From assembly GCF_028641065.1 (NCBI RefSeq), contig NC_073392.1:19592001-19656000 (forward strand): DNA of 64,000 bases, written 5' to 3'. This stretch comes from Leucoraja erinacea. Lineage: Eukaryota. The notes under the pieces are model-generated. The model saw nothing but the letters and a program-made list of their open reading frames with translations. It was not told where the DNA came from and ran no database searches. Within the stretch, counting starts at the first letter, position 1, and the number at the start of each line of letters is the position of its first letter. Below are positions 62,256-64,000 of this stretch, in pieces. Made by a program: the position numbers and the translations under genes.

Positions 62256-62465
62256 AAGATCAACACAAAATGCTGACAATGTATTTCATCGGGACAGGCA
62301 GCATCTCTATCTCAAGAAGGAATGGGTGACGTTTCGGGTCGTGACCCTTCTTCAGACAGTCTTACTTCTTCAGTCAAAAGAAGAGTCTCGACCCAGAAAC
62401 GTCACTCATTCCTCCTCTCCAGAGATGCTGTCTGTTCCGCTGAGTAACTCCAGCATGTTGTGTCT
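62256..62465. mobile_element. Fold-back Penelope-derived element with two opposed hammerhead-like cores
   Basis: Minus strand 62357-62326 GTCTGAAGAAGGGTCACGACCCGAAACGTCAC; decayed plus copy at about 62372-62405. Confidence 0.78.
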
Positions 62466-62479
62466 GGAGCTTATTTGGA

Positions 62480-62700
62480 GGTTGCAGTGTTTAATAGCCT
62501 GTAGGCTGCAGGGAAGAAGCTGAACCTGGACGTTACAGTTTTCAGACTCCTATATAATCTTCCCGATGGCATGAATGAAATTAATGTGTATTCAGGGTGG
62601 TGTGTGTCCACGATGATGCTGGCTGCCGTTTTGAAGCAGCGAGTCCCGTAAATCCCTTCGATGGTGGGGAGGTCAAAACCAGTGATAGACCGGGCAGTGT
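62480..62700 (-). mobile_element. Rex1-like LINE 3' fragment
   Basis: TARSITGFDLPTIEGIY...AASIIVDTHHP...PSGRLYRSLKT. Confidence 0.75.
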
Positions 62701-63423
62701 TCGTGAAAATTAGAGTTTGGTCGTGCGGCTCAGTTATGTCTCTTGGTGCTTTGCATGCCGGCTGTAATTCCGGGGATCGGGGTGTGTTCCTGAAGCTCAG
62801 GGTGCGCTGTGTGTCCTGGAGTTCAGAGTGTATTCCCTCTGTCATCCGCGGCGCTGCAGTTGCTCGGAACCTTTGTTGCGGGCCCTTGCAGCGAGCCGGT
62901 CGGTTTAGCGCGGACGCTGGTTTACGGCTTGCCACGTCTGAGCGGAGCGGTACCGGTATCGGGACCCACAGCGGCAACGGCAACCATGGTGAGCGGCTCC
63001 GGGCGGCTTGTGCCTTCCGCGGTGGGTCGGCGAGGGTTGGCGAGGCCGTTAACCGCCCGCTGCGTGCGGTCAGGAGGTCGTTCCGTGCGACGAGGGCGCC
63101 GGCGAGGCCCGGCCCCTGGCCTCGGCGCTGATCCCAGCCTGTTGCAGGGAACCCGGGCGGGACCGGCAGAGTGTTGGTGGAAGAGGAGGCAGAGGGTTTA
63201 TGGGTCTGTTCTCCGCCCCGTTCAGCTGCGGACACATCACCTCCTTCCACATCACACCAGTCCCTCAACTTGCTCCATCATCCAGATAGTGCATGACCAA
63301 TTGCCCGCCTTTGCCCGAGATCCTTAGTTGGCTCTGATTAAGAATACCGGCTTTAAAATGTAACAGTTTGTCTATCTAATAGGCTTTGTTATGAAAAACA
63401 TCTAAACAATGGGCCAACAACAA

Positions 63424-63510
63424 GGGGGTGATCAGCCATGATCACATTGAATGGCGGTGCTGGCTCGAAGGGCCGAATGGCCTACTCCTGCACCTATTGT
63501 CTATTGTCTA
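63424..63510 (+). mobile_element. CR1 3' UTR tail
   Basis: GATCAGCCATGATC...CCTATTGTCTATTGTCTA. Confidence 0.75.
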
Positions 63511-64000
63511 AAGACTTCAGTTTCAAGGAGGCGTAAGAGAGAACTGACCCGAATCTTGAGCAAAAAATGAAACTTGATTTTCCTTCACAACCCGTCTGCC
63601 AGTTTGCTGAGTTCCTCCAGCATATTGTTCAAGATTCATTTTGAAGCCATGCACACTGATTCTTGGCTGGCAGTTTGAAATCAGAGGTTTTATATGTGAT
63701 GATCCATTGTCTTTCAGGATTTTCCAGGCGGTTTAGGTGTTAAGAGTCATACAGCACTGACACAGGAGGGCATTCAAACTGCTGGCCCTTTACTACTAAT
63801 CTTACACTAATCCCATTTTCCTTTCATTCCTGTCAACTCCCACCTACTCCCTGGGTAATTTACACGGACCAATTAACCTAAAAGCCACCATGTTTTTCGG
63901 ACATAGAATGAAGCCGGGAAACCCATATAGTCTCAGTGCGAACATGCAAACTCCACACTGGAGTAACTCAGGAGGGCCAAGACAAAGTGTGGCAAATAAT

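Noticed and set aside
62471-63327. 265-aa, 172-aa and 156-aa ORFs
   Set aside because: Chance read-through of a GC-rich repeat joined to a Rex1-like LINE fragment; no recognisable host protein or splice structure.

Overview
Vertebrate genomic DNA, not microbial. The repeat families (HE1/HER1-type SINE/CR1 tails, Penelope-derived elements) suggest a cartilaginous fish, probably a skate or ray (inference). Three spliced genes were reconstructed by hand with GT-AG junctions and consistent phases: the last 4 exons of TATDN2 (+, 1161-8164), complete CCDC174 (+, 11 exons, 9179-22930, 455 aa), and a complete CAND-family gene (-, 15 exons, 58987-28375, 1236 aa), best read as CAND2. Non-exonic DNA is dense in transposon debris: CR1, L2, L1, Rex1-like LINEs, tRNA-derived SINEs, a full-length IR/DR Tc1, Harbinger-like MITEs, Helitron-like units and a Neptune-type Penelope element. 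Most notable: (1) about 10 short, mostly fold-back elements derived from the Penelope 3' end, several carrying a minimal hammerhead-ribozyme-like core (CTGAAGA-A-stem-GAAACGTC), one in sense orientation in CCDC174 intron 1; (2) a near-identical 776-bp tandem duplication of CCDC174 exon 7 whose second copy is frameshifted; (3) a head-to-tail Helitron-like array; (4) repeated TGACCTTAC/YY1-like motifs and a possible uORF at the CCDC174 promoter. Most short ORFs in the track are spurious or TE fragments. Repeat boundaries are approximate.
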